Source of the DNA: an uncultured Oscillospiraceae bacterium
Lineage (GTDB): Bacteria > Bacillota > Clostridia > Oscillospirales > Oscillospiraceae
Assembly (NCBI GenBank): GCA_964609305.1
Contig: CAZSRK010000001.1
Span: 20,411-84,410 of the forward strand
Length of the DNA: 64,000 nucleotides
Direction of reading: 5' to 3'
The notes beneath the pieces were generated by a model. That model was not told where the DNA came from. It did not search any database and saw nothing but the letters and a program-made list of their open reading frames with translations. A program made the translations under genes and the position numbers. Shown here one piece after another: positions 38,373 to 47,527 of this stretch; the stretch's first letter is position 1; every line of letters starts with the position of its first letter.

Positions 38373-39833
38373 ATGATCGACCTTACCATAAACAAAGACG
38401 CGCTTGGGCGCAACATCTCCATCGCCCGCGAAAACGGCATCACGATCCCCACCTTTGCGCAGATGAAAGATCCGGGACTCATACCGGACGATATAAAGCA
38501 AAAACTCAAAACCACCGGCATGTGGGACGTTGACCCGGTCAACCTTTTCCGTGTGACCTGGAAAAACGAACCTGTCAGCAGCGGCGGTCTTTTCGGCGCG
38601 CCGAACTACATCGAGCTGCCCAGTGAGCTGACCGGCGTACCCTGCCGTATCCTTGCGCTGGTAGGAAAGTGGTTTCCGACCGGATGCCATAAGGTCGGTG
38701 CCTCCTTCGCCTGCCTGGTACCCCGTCTCGTGACCGGCCAGTTCGACGCGCGCAACCAGCGGGCCGTCTGGCCCAGTACAGGCAACTATTGCCGCGGCGG
38801 CGCGTTCAACTCCCGCCTGCTCGGCGCGCAGGGCGTGGCTATCCTCCCTGCGGAGATGAGCCAGGAGCGCTTTGACTGGCTCAGGAGCATCGGCTCACAG
38901 GTGATCGCGACCCCGGGCTGCGAATCCAATGTCAAGGAGATTTTCGACAAGACCAACGAGCTGCGTCAGGATCCCTCCTGCATGATATTCAACCAGTTTG
39001 AGGAGATGGGCAACCACCTGTGGCATTATGAGGTCACAGGCTCTGCCCTGGCAGAAACGTTTGAGAGCATAAAGCGTCCCGGCGACCGCTTCGCCGGCGC
39101 GTGCTTCACGACGGGCTCTGCCGGCACCATCGGCTCCGGCGACAGGCTAAAGGAGCTTTATCCGGGACTGAAGCTCGCCGCAGGAGAGGCGCTGCAGTGC
39201 CCAACCCTGCTTGAAAACGGCTTCGGCGGCCACCGTATCGAGGGCATCGGCGACAAGCACGTTCCCTGGATACACAACGTCAGGAATACAGACCTTGTTA
39301 TCGATATCGACGACAACGACAGCTTTGACCTGACCCGCCTGTTCAACGAGCCGCAGGGCCGCGAATACCTCGTGCGGGAGCTAGGCGTCGAGCCGGAGTT
39401 TGTCCAGAAGCTCGGCCTTCTCGGCATCTCGGGCATCGCCAACGTCCTGTGCTGCATCAAAATGGCAAAGTATTATGAATTTGACGAGCATGATATCGTG
39501 GCGACCGTGCTGACCGACAGCATAGACATGTACGGCAGCCGCATCGAGGAGCTGCGCGAGCGCGACGGCGAGTACACGCCGACAAAGGCCGCCGTCGACT
39601 ATGCCCTGCATCTGGGCGGTATCAAGACCGACAACATGCTGGAGCTGACCTATCCCGCGCGCAAGCGTGTGCACAACCTCAAGTATTACACCTGGGTCGA
39701 GCAGCAGGGGCACACTGCCGATGAGCTCAACGCGCTCTGGTACGACGTTGAGGGCACCTGGGGCGCCGTGCATAAACAGGCGCAGGAGATCGACGAGCTG
39801 ATATGCCAGTTCAACGAGGCGGTCAGGGCATGA
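38373..39833 (+). CDS. fold-type-II (Trp-synthase-beta/cysteine-synthase-like) PLP-dependent enzyme with long N- and C-terminal extensions
   Basis: The start at MIDLTINKD follows GGGAGG. The candidate PLP lysine is in PTGCHKVGASF, and STGNYCRGGA and TTGSAGTIGSG (glycine loop) are present. At 486 aa it is larger than CysK or DAP ammonia-lyase. Confidence 0.6.
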   Translation: MIDLTINKDALGRNISIARENGITIPTFAQMKDPGLIPDDIKQKLKTTGMWDVDPVNLFRVTWKNEPVSSGGLFGAPNYIELPSELTGVPCRILALVGKWFPTGCHKVGASFACLVPRLVTGQFDARNQRAVWPSTGNYCRGGAFNSRLLGAQGVAILPAEMSQERFDWLRSIGSQVIATPGCESNVKEIFDKTNELRQDPSCMIFNQFEEMGNHLWHYEVTGSALAETFESIKRPGDRFAGACFTTGSAGTIGSGDRLKELYPGLKLAAGEALQCPTLLENGFGGHRIEGIGDKHVPWIHNVRNTDLVIDIDDNDSFDLTRLFNEPQGREYLVRELGVEPEFVQKLGLLGISGIANVLCCIKMAKYYEFDEHDIVATVLTDSIDMYGSRIEELRERDGEYTPTKAAVDYALHLGGIKTDNMLELTYPARKRVHNLKYYTWVEQQGHTADELNALWYDVEGTWGAVHKQAQEIDELICQFNEAVRA

Positions 39834-41056
39834 AAAACGTCAAGTGCCTCAAATGCATAAAATGCGGCCGGGAGTATTCGCCCGCACCGGACGCCACGAT
39901 CTGCCAGTGCGGCGGCATCCTGGACGTGGTTTACGACTATGACTACATACGCTCCGTTGTCAGCCGCAGGTATTATGCGCAGCACAGCGAGCGCTCCATG
40001 TGGCGTTACCGCGCCTTCCTCCCGGTCGAGGATGAAACCCCGGCGCCGCCGCTGCGTGTCGGATGGTCCCCGCTGTATGAGAAACCGGGGCTGGCTTCCG
40101 ACCTGGGCATCGCGCGCCTCTGGGTCAAGGACGACGGGCTGAACCCGACCTCCAGCCTCAAGGACCGGGCAAGCTCCATGGCGGTCGCCAAGGCCATGGA
40201 AGCGGGATATGGCACCATCGCCTGCTCCAGCACCGGCAACGCCGCCTCCTCTTTGGCGGGGAACGCGGCGGCGGCCGGCCTTAAGACCTATATATTCGTG
40301 CCGTCCCGCGCGCCCGCCGGCAAGGTCGCGCAGCTTCGCATTTTCGGCGCGACGGTGATCTCCGTCGAGGGCAGCTATGAGGATACCTTTCGCCTGTCTG
40401 CCGAGGCGATAGAAAAATACGGCTGGTACAACCGCAACGCCGCCATAAACCCGTATCTCATGGAGGGGAAAAAGACCGTTGCGCTCGAAATCGCCGAGCA
40501 GCTCGGCTGGGAGGTCCCGGACTATGTTGCGCTTTCGGTCGGCGATGGCTGCACCATTGCGGGGGTCTGGAAGGGCTTTAAGGACCTGTACGGTGCCGAG
40601 CTTATCGACAGGCTGCCCCGGCTCATAAGCGTTCAGGCACAGGGCTGCTGCCCGATAAACCGTGCGCTCGAAACCGGAAGGCCCGTCGAGCCAATGGGCG
40701 AGAACACCATTGCCGACAGCATCGCCGTCGGCGTGCCGCGAAACCCCGACAAGGCGATGGCCGCCGTACGCGAATCGAACGGCCTGACTGTCGAGGTGTC
40801 GGACGAGGAGATATTCTCCGCAATGCGGCTGCTTGGCCGCAGCTGCGGCGTTTTTGGCGAGCCTGCCGGCGCTGCCGGTACTGCGGGCCTGGTCAGGGCC
40901 TGTGAAAAGGGCCTGCTCCCTGCCAACGCTACCGTGGTGTCGATCGTGACGGGAAACGGGCTAAAAGATACGGCCAGCGGCATCAAGGCCGCCGGGGAGC
41001 CCGTCCGTGTCGAGCCCTGCCTTGAGCTGGTTGAAAAGGCGCTTGGCCTTCAATAA
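39830..41056 (+). CDS. threonine-synthase-like PLP-dependent enzyme with an N-terminal zinc ribbon
   Basis: MKNVKCLKCIKCGREYSPAPDATICQCGG provides four cysteines. NPTSSLKDRAS carries the PLP lysine, and SSTGNAASS and TGNGLKD are present. Its start overlaps the stop of the preceding PLP gene (ATGA). Confidence 0.65.
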   Translation: MKNVKCLKCIKCGREYSPAPDATICQCGGILDVVYDYDYIRSVVSRRYYAQHSERSMWRYRAFLPVEDETPAPPLRVGWSPLYEKPGLASDLGIARLWVKDDGLNPTSSLKDRASSMAVAKAMEAGYGTIACSSTGNAASSLAGNAAAAGLKTYIFVPSRAPAGKVAQLRIFGATVISVEGSYEDTFRLSAEAIEKYGWYNRNAAINPYLMEGKKTVALEIAEQLGWEVPDYVALSVGDGCTIAGVWKGFKDLYGAELIDRLPRLISVQAQGCCPINRALETGRPVEPMGENTIADSIAVGVPRNPDKAMAAVRESNGLTVEVSDEEIFSAMRLLGRSCGVFGEPAGAAGTAGLVRACEKGLLPANATVVSIVTGNGLKDTASGIKAAGEPVRVEPCLELVEKALGLQ

Positions 41057-41062
41057 AACACA

Positions 41063-41101
41063 AAGGCCATGAAAGGCAGGCAGCCTTTCATGGCCTTTTT
41101 T
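41063..41101 (+). terminator. intrinsic terminator after the PLP gene pair
   Basis: AAGGCCATGAAAGG-CAGGCAG-CCTTTCATGGCCTT followed by TTTT. Confidence 0.85.
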
Positions 41102-41136
41102 AAATATACCGGATTTCATCGTGAAGAAGGAGCGGA

Positions 41137-41817
41137 TCAGGCTTCCGTCCAGACTTTTTCGCCGTCCATTTGTCCGAGAAGGTACTGCCCAAGCTCCCGG
41201 ACTGTCCCGACAGTTTTGACAGCGCCCGCCGCCTCTAGCTCTCCCGGCTCGGCATAGCCGTAATACACGCCTATGCAGTCGATGCCGCACTCGGCCGCGC
41301 CTGCAACGTCATAGCTGCGGTCGCCTACCATGACCACGGTCGACGGGTCGGAAACTGCCAGCATCTCGAGCACGTCCTTTATGACCTCCGCCTTGCTGTG
41401 CCGCCGTCCGTCGAACTCGCTGCCCAGAACGACGTCGAAATACGGCATTATGCCGTAGCTTTCAACGATCTGGGTCGAGAACTTCGTGGGCTTGCTGGTC
41501 GCAACGGCGAGGCGCGCTCCCGCAGCGCGCAGTTTTTGCAGAAGCTCGTCAACGCCGTCATACATGCGGTTTTCCCTGATACCAACGGTCGAAAAACGCT
41601 CGCGATAGAGGCTCTGTGCCTGACCCGCGGTCTCGGCGTCCATTCCAAGCTTCTGCATGAACATCTGTTTGAGCGGCGGGCCAACGAAACAGTAGTACAG
41701 CTCCTCCCGCGGCGCTTCTATACCCATATGCTCGAGAGCATACTGCACACAATTTATTATCCCCTCGGCGGAATCAGACAGCGTTCCGTCAAGATCGAAA
41801 AGTATCGTATCGTACAT
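41137..41817 (-). CDS. HAD-IA family phosphatase (phosphoglycolate phosphatase / nucleotidase-like)
   Basis: The start is MYDTILFDLDGTLSDS (the DxDGT nucleophile motif). ATSK and VMVGDRSYDV are also present. Confidence 0.8.
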   Translation of the reverse strand: MYDTILFDLDGTLSDSAEGIINCVQYALEHMGIEAPREELYYCFVGPPLKQMFMQKLGMDAETAGQAQSLYRERFSTVGIRENRMYDGVDELLQKLRAAGARLAVATSKPTKFSTQIVESYGIMPYFDVVLGSEFDGRRHSKAEVIKDVLEMLAVSDPSTVVMVGDRSYDVAGAAECGIDCIGVYYGYAEPGELEAAGAVKTVGTVRELGQYLLGQMDGEKVWTEA

Positions 41818-41921
41818 AAAAAACACCCCTGCCTCCATATCCTACTATATTGTACCGCCGTTGTCAAACCGCGGGGCCCCGGCATAGTCTGTAATGTAAT
41901 TCATAAAAAGGATTGGTTTTT

Positions 41922-43001
41922 ATGCCTGATAATAAGATAACACGTTTTTTTCTGGGAGCCAACTCAGAACAGGGCTTTTACTCGCTTTATGACGGTTTTG
42001 CCCGTCCGGAGGACGGGGTGTTCCTATACGTGCTCAAGGGCGGGCCCGGCTGCGGCAAGTCGAGCTTTATGAAGCGCATCGGTGCCCGCGCAGACTGTGA
42101 GGGTCTGGACGTTGAATACATCCACTGCTCCGGCGACCCCGAATCACTCGACGCGGTATATATCCCCGCGCTCGGCGTCGCCTACGCCGACGGCACGTCG
42201 CCGCACGTTCTCGACCCTCCGTATCCCGCAGCGGGCGGCGCATACCTCGACCTTGGCAGCTTTTACGACATCGATAATCTCAAGCCAAGGCTTGCGGAGA
42301 TCATGGCCCTTAACCGAAGGTACAAGGGTAAATATAAGGAAAGTTATGCTCTCCTCTCCTCCGCAGGCAGCGTCGCTGTCCGCCCCCTGCCGGAGCTGAT
42401 GACCAGGGACGTGGACAGCTCCGTCCGGCGGCGCGCCCGGTCGCTCATCGGCAGGGAACTGGACAGAGTATCCGCCTCCGGAACCGGACGTATCGACAAA
42501 CGCTTCCTGTCCGCAATAAGCTGCCAGGGCAGCGTTTTCTTCGATGCCACGATTTACGAGATCGCGCCGCGCGTGTGCGTACTTGACAACGACCTCGGCT
42601 TTGCGCAGGCATATCTGGACGAATGCGTAAAAGCCGCGCATGAGCGCGGATATGACATGATCGTATGCCCCGACTGCCTGACGCCGGAAAAGACCCAGGC
42701 CGTGCTCATACCCGAGGCGGGGCTGGCGCTGCTGGAGTCCGGTCGGCGCTCGCGCTGGACGGGTGAGGTATACCGCCACGTGCGCCTGGACGCCATGGCT
42801 GACACACAGGCGCTCTCACAGCTTCGCCCGGCCATGCGCACGGCCGAAAAGCTGCGCGCGGCGATAATAGCCGAGGCGGAGAAAAAGCTTGCTGCGGCGA
42901 AAGCCCTGCATGATGAGGTTGAGGCCGTGTATAACCCGCATGTTGACTTTGGCGGAGTATATGAGCTGGTCGAAAAACACGCCGAAATGCTTGGCATCTG
43001 A
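41922..43001 (+). CDS. P-loop ATPase of unknown function
   Basis: Walker A LKGGPGCGKSSFMKRI. No further family assignment is possible from the sequence alone. Confidence 0.6.
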   Translation: MPDNKITRFFLGANSEQGFYSLYDGFARPEDGVFLYVLKGGPGCGKSSFMKRIGARADCEGLDVEYIHCSGDPESLDAVYIPALGVAYADGTSPHVLDPPYPAAGGAYLDLGSFYDIDNLKPRLAEIMALNRRYKGKYKESYALLSSAGSVAVRPLPELMTRDVDSSVRRRARSLIGRELDRVSASGTGRIDKRFLSAISCQGSVFFDATIYEIAPRVCVLDNDLGFAQAYLDECVKAAHERGYDMIVCPDCLTPEKTQAVLIPEAGLALLESGRRSRWTGEVYRHVRLDAMADTQALSQLRPAMRTAEKLRAAIIAEAEKKLAAAKALHDEVEAVYNPHVDFGGVYELVEKHAEMLGI

Positions 43002-43137
43002 TATGCGAAAGCAGAATTTTTCAATTTGAAACTCAAGTCCGTTAGATTTTTGTTTTAAGCGATCGCATGACAACGCTTATTTCCCCCTTTGTGGCTGTTA
43101 ATAGCTTATTCTATGGGATAATTTTAAACTGTTTATG

Positions 43138-43185
43138 CTTCGGGGAGGTACTTTTCTGCTCGTTCAGAAAAGTACCTCCCCGAAG
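43138..43185. repeat. perfect 21-bp inverted repeat (hairpin) in an AT-rich orphan spacer
   Basis: CTTCGGGGAGGTACTTTTCTG-CTCGTT-CAGAAAAGTACCTCCCCGAAG. There is no flanking T-run on either strand. Confidence 0.8.
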
Positions 43186-43406
43186 GGCAACAAGCTTCGT
43201 TTAACAAACGCTTTGTTTAAAAGAGAAAAGTATCATAATGGAGAATACAGTACTTGAAAGTACTATAAAAGGGACTAAAACGTCAAAGGAACACATAACC
43301 CGTAGCCCGATACTCTCCGCACTCATCAAGCTCATCGCCGGCGAGGCCACAGGAGCATAGGCCGGCAGGTTTCAAAAACGATTTGGTCATACAAATACAG
43401 CGCAAA

Positions 43407-43451
43407 TAAAAAACCAGACCCTGCGTCAAACGGCGCGGGGTCCGGTTTTTT
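43407..43451 (-). terminator. intrinsic terminator of the pyrophosphatase gene
   Basis: The minus strand reads ACCGGACCC...GGGTCTGGT followed by TTTTTTA. It starts about 25 nt after the stop codon. Confidence 0.75.
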
Positions 43452-43474
43452 ATCAGTAACTGTGCGATCAGGCC

Positions 43475-45463
43475 TTACAGAAGTCCACCGATGGAAACAA
43501 AGATGGGAGCAAAAACGACCGCAACGATGGTCATGAGCTTTATGAGGATGTTGATGGACGGGCCTGAGGTATCCTTGAACGGATCGCCAACGGTGTCGCC
43601 CACAACGGCAGCCTTGTGCGCCTCGGAGCCCTTACCTCCATGATGGCCTTCCTCAATGTACTTCTTGGCGTTGTCCCAGGCACCGCCGGCGTTGGACATG
43701 AAGATAGCCATAAGCACGCCGGTAACGACCGCGCCGGCCAGCATACCGCCGAGAGCGGCCGGGCCGATGACGATGCCGACAACGATGGGCGCGAGAACGG
43801 CGATAATGCCGGGCAGCAGCATCTCCTTGAGGGACGCGGTGGTGGAAATGGCAACGCAGGTCTTGTAATCAGGCTTGGCCGTTCCCACGAGTATGCCGGG
43901 GATGGTGCGGAACTGACGGCGGACCTCCTCGATCATGCTGTAAGCTGCCTTGGACACGCTCTCCATAGTCATTGCGGAGAACACGAAAGGCAGCATACCG
44001 CCGATGAGAAGTCCGATGGTGACATAGGGTGAGAGGATATCTATCTCGGTGATGCCGACCGCCTGAGCGTAGGACACGAACAGGGCCAGCGCGGTGAGCG
44101 CGGCGGAACCGATGGCAAAGCCCTTGCCCATAGCGGCGGTGGTGTTGCCGACGGAGTCGAGCTTGTCAGTGATCTCTCGGACAGACTCGTCCAGCTCGCT
44201 CATCTCGGCGATACCGCCGGCATTGTCGGCGATGGGGCCATAGGCGTCGACCGCGACGGTGATGCCGGTGGTGGAGAGCATGCCGACAGCGGCAAGCGCG
44301 ATACCATACAGGCCGGCAAAATTATATGCAAAGAAGATGCCGACACAGATGAGCAGCATGGGAATGACAGTGGAATGCATGCCGACGGCCAGGCCCTGGA
44401 TAATCGTGGTGGCAGAGCCGGTCTCGGACTGCTGGGCGATCCTTTTGACGGACTTATAGTCGCTGGAAGTATATACCTCGGTCACGATGCCGATTATGAG
44501 GCCAACGATCAGTCCGGCGATGATGGCGATGGACTGGTCAAAGCTGTCGAAGAACAGCTTGCTCAGGATGATGGCGGCTATTACGACGACGATAGACGAG
44601 ACATAGGAGCCCATCTTCAACGCCTTATGCGGGTTGGAGTTCTCATCACCGCGGACGAAAAAGCAGCCTATGATGGACGCAAGGATACCAATCGCTGAAA
44701 GCACGAGCGGGTATACGACTCCTGCGCCTGTGAAAACGCCTGTGACAGCAACGCCGAGGGTGAGCGCGGAGACTATCGCGCCGACATAGGACTCAAACAG
44801 GTCGGCGCCCATACCGGCAACGTCGCCGACGTTGTCACCGACGTTATCGGCGATAACGGCAGGGTTGCGCGGGTCATCCTCGGGAATACCGGCCTCGACC
44901 TTACCGACAAGGTCTGCGCCGACGTCGGCCGCCTTGGTGTATATACCACCGCCGACACGGGCAAACAGCGCGATGGAGGACGCGCCGAGGGAGAAGCCGG
45001 TCAGGATCTCCACATCCTCAGTCACGATGTAGATCAGCGCACAGCCCAGAACGCCCAGGCCGACGACGCACATGCCCATAACGCTGCCGCCGGAAAAGGC
45101 GATGCCGAGAGCCTTGTTCATGCCGCTGCTCTGGGCCGCGGCCGCGGTGCGGACGTTGGCCTTGGTCGCAACGTTCATACCGACATAACCGGCCGCAACG
45201 GAGAACACAGCACCTATCAGAAAGCACACGGCTGTCTTCCAGCTGATGAACACGCTGATGAGAATAAACAGAACTATGACAAAGACGACGAGTATTTTAT
45301 ACTCGGCAAACAGAAATGCCCTGGCGCCCTCGCTTATGCTGGCGGCGATCTCCTTCATGCGGTCGTTGCCCGCATCCGCCCGGGAGACCACTGCGGTCTT
45401 GTATCCGGCAAATACAAGAGCGAGAACCGCCAGAACGGGGGCGATCCAGATAAGATTTTCCAC
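43475..45463 (-). CDS. hppA: membrane-bound ion-translocating pyrophosphatase
   Basis: [40 protein letters not shown] and [16 protein letters not shown]. The GTG start at 45463 follows GAGGAG. The track ORF extends to 45547 without an RBS. Confidence 0.93.
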   Translation of the reverse strand: MENLIWIAPVLAVLALVFAGYKTAVVSRADAGNDRMKEIAASISEGARAFLFAEYKILVVFVIVLFILISVFISWKTAVCFLIGAVFSVAAGYVGMNVATKANVRTAAAAQSSGMNKALGIAFSGGSVMGMCVVGLGVLGCALIYIVTEDVEILTGFSLGASSIALFARVGGGIYTKAADVGADLVGKVEAGIPEDDPRNPAVIADNVGDNVGDVAGMGADLFESYVGAIVSALTLGVAVTGVFTGAGVVYPLVLSAIGILASIIGCFFVRGDENSNPHKALKMGSYVSSIVVVIAAIILSKLFFDSFDQSIAIIAGLIVGLIIGIVTEVYTSSDYKSVKRIAQQSETGSATTIIQGLAVGMHSTVIPMLLICVGIFFAYNFAGLYGIALAAVGMLSTTGITVAVDAYGPIADNAGGIAEMSELDESVREITDKLDSVGNTTAAMGKGFAIGSAALTALALFVSYAQAVGITEIDILSPYVTIGLLIGGMLPFVFSAMTMESVSKAAYSMIEEVRRQFRTIPGILVGTAKPDYKTCVAISTTASLKEMLLPGIIAVLAPIVVGIVIGPAALGGMLAGAVVTGVLMAIFMSNAGGAWDNAKKYIEEGHHGGKGSEAHKAAVVGDTVGDPFKDTSGPSINILIKLMTIVAVVFAPIFVSIGGLL

Positions 45464-45612
45464 TTGTGATTCACTCCTCAATATTTTTTCTGACCAAGAA
45501 ATGCCCAAGCCTGCCTGCCCGTCTCCTGTACGAACGAAAAAGGACATGTTTGGACGCTGAACTATAATATACTATTTATAAGCATTTTGCAAACACAAAA
45601 AGTAACAAAAGA

Positions 45613-45641
45613 TTGTAATTTTCAGCCCAAAGTTGTATAAT
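45613..45641 (+). promoter_or_regulatory. candidate sigma-A promoter for ade-hyuA
   Basis: TTGTAA (45613-45618), a 17-nt spacer, then TATAAT (45636-45641), about 88 nt upstream of the ade ATG. Confidence 0.5.
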
Positions 45642-45728
45642 CTATGACTAAACAGGTATCTGTATTTTTTTACTTTCGTTAATTATGACAATACGATATT
45701 CCATAAAAATTGAAAAGGAGGTTTTTCC

Positions 45729-47522
45729 ATGTTACGCCACTTCTGCAGATCCCCGCTTTGCGACGCGGCTCCGGCTCTCATCTCGACCGCAATGGGCCGC
45801 TCGCCGGCGGAGCTGGTCATCCGCTCGGCAAGGCTTGTGAACGTCTGCACTGGCGAAATATTGCCGGATACGGACGTGGCCGTCACCCAAGGCCGCATCG
45901 CGCTGGTCGGCGACGCGGCGCATTGCATAGGAGAAGGCACACGGGTAATAGATGCAAACGGCGCATATCTCGCCCCCGGTTTTCTGGACGGGCATATACA
46001 TGTCGAGTCGTCCATGCTCTCTGTCGGGGAGTATGCCCGGGCCGTCGTGCCGCACGGCACCGTCGGCATATATATGGACCCTCACGAGATATGCAATGTC
46101 CTCGGCATGGAGGGCGTGCGCTGTATGATAGAGGATTCGCACCGTGCTCCGCTCAAGACGATGGTCACGGTACCCTCCTGCGTGCCCGGAGTGCCGGGGT
46201 TTGAGGATACGGGCGCCGAGATAACGGCGGAAAACGTCGCGGAAATGCTGAGCTGGCCGGAGGTAGTAGGTCTCGGAGAGATGATGAACTATCCCGGCAT
46301 CCTCGAGGGCAGCGAGCGTCCGCTGTCCGTCGTACGCGAGACGCAAAAGGCAGGGATGCCCGTCACGGGGCACTACCCCTCTTCTGATATCAGGGGCCTG
46401 AACGCATACATAGCCGCCGGCATAAATTGCTGCCACGAATCCACGACTGAGACGGACACACTTTCCAAAATGCGCCTTGGAATGTATGCGATGCTGCGCG
46501 AGGGCAGCGCGTGGCACGACTTGGCCGAGGTCTCCAAGGCCGTCACTCGGCACGAGGTCGACACGCGCCTTGCCCTTCTCGTGACGGACGACGCACATCC
46601 CAATACGCTTATTACAAACGGGCACCTTGACTATCTGCTGCGCCGCGCCATGCAGGAGGGCATTCCCGCCATTCAGGCGATACAGATGGTCACGATAAAT
46701 ACCGCGACCTGCTTCGGCATGCAGGCCGAGCTGGGCAGCATCGCGCCCGGAAAATGCGCGGACATGGTGCTCATCGGTTCACTCGAGGATATGGACGTGA
46801 GGATGGTGTTTATTGACGGCGAGCTTGTCGCCGAAAATGGCCGGATGACCCGGGAACCGGGAAAATATGAATACCCCGCCTTTGCGCGCAGCACAATGAA
46901 CGTCGGCGGCCCCGTCTCCCCCGAAGTTTTCCGGCTCCCCGCCCCGTCGGAGGGACTGACCCGCGTCAGGTGTATCGAGGTCATCTCGGGAAAGACCGTC
47001 AACCGCGAACGCATCGTCACGCTTCCGGTAACAGAGGGATACGTCGGCAGCGACACGTCGCAGGACGTGCTCAAGGCGGTCGTGTTCGAGCGGCACAGGG
47101 CCACAGGCAAAAAAGGCTTCGGCTTTGTCAAGGGGTTTGGAATACGCCGCGGCGCGATGGCCTCGACCGTCTCGCACGACGCGCACAATCTCCTCGTTGT
47201 CGGCACCTGCGACGAGGACATGGCCCTGGCGGCAAACACGCTCATCGAAAGCGGCGGCGGGATGTGCGCCGTACGGGACGGAAGGGTCCTGGGACATGTG
47301 AAGCTGCCCATAGCCGGGCTCATGAACGACCGTCCGGCGCAGGATATGGCCGCTGACGTGGCCGTGCTCGAAGACGCCTGGCGTGAGATAGGCTGTACAT
47401 TGCCGTCCCCGTTCATGACGATGGCGCTTATCCCGCTGGCCTGCATCCCGGAGCTGCGGCTGACTGACCGCGGGCTCGTTGACTGCCGCGATTACCGCTT
47501 TGCGGAGCTTTTTATCGGGTGA
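45729..47522 (+). CDS. ade: adenine deaminase
   Basis: The 597-aa product has PGFLDGHIHVESS and a two-domain architecture typical of Ade. A strong AAAGGAGG RBS is present. Confidence 0.85.
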   Translation: MLRHFCRSPLCDAAPALISTAMGRSPAELVIRSARLVNVCTGEILPDTDVAVTQGRIALVGDAAHCIGEGTRVIDANGAYLAPGFLDGHIHVESSMLSVGEYARAVVPHGTVGIYMDPHEICNVLGMEGVRCMIEDSHRAPLKTMVTVPSCVPGVPGFEDTGAEITAENVAEMLSWPEVVGLGEMMNYPGILEGSERPLSVVRETQKAGMPVTGHYPSSDIRGLNAYIAAGINCCHESTTETDTLSKMRLGMYAMLREGSAWHDLAEVSKAVTRHEVDTRLALLVTDDAHPNTLITNGHLDYLLRRAMQEGIPAIQAIQMVTINTATCFGMQAELGSIAPGKCADMVLIGSLEDMDVRMVFIDGELVAENGRMTREPGKYEYPAFARSTMNVGGPVSPEVFRLPAPSEGLTRVRCIEVISGKTVNRERIVTLPVTEGYVGSDTSQDVLKAVVFERHRATGKKGFGFVKGFGIRRGAMASTVSHDAHNLLVVGTCDEDMALAANTLIESGGGMCAVRDGRVLGHVKLPIAGLMNDRPAQDMAADVAVLEDAWREIGCTLPSPFMTMALIPLACIPELRLTDRGLVDCRDYRFAELFIG

Positions 47523-47527
47523 TACTT

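Noticed and set aside
43238-43360. The 40-codon ORF as a bacteriocin or leader-peptide gene.
   Set aside because: There is no double-glycine or lanthipeptide-type leader, no neighbouring modification or export genes, and only a weak RBS. It is reported only as part of the orphan spacer.
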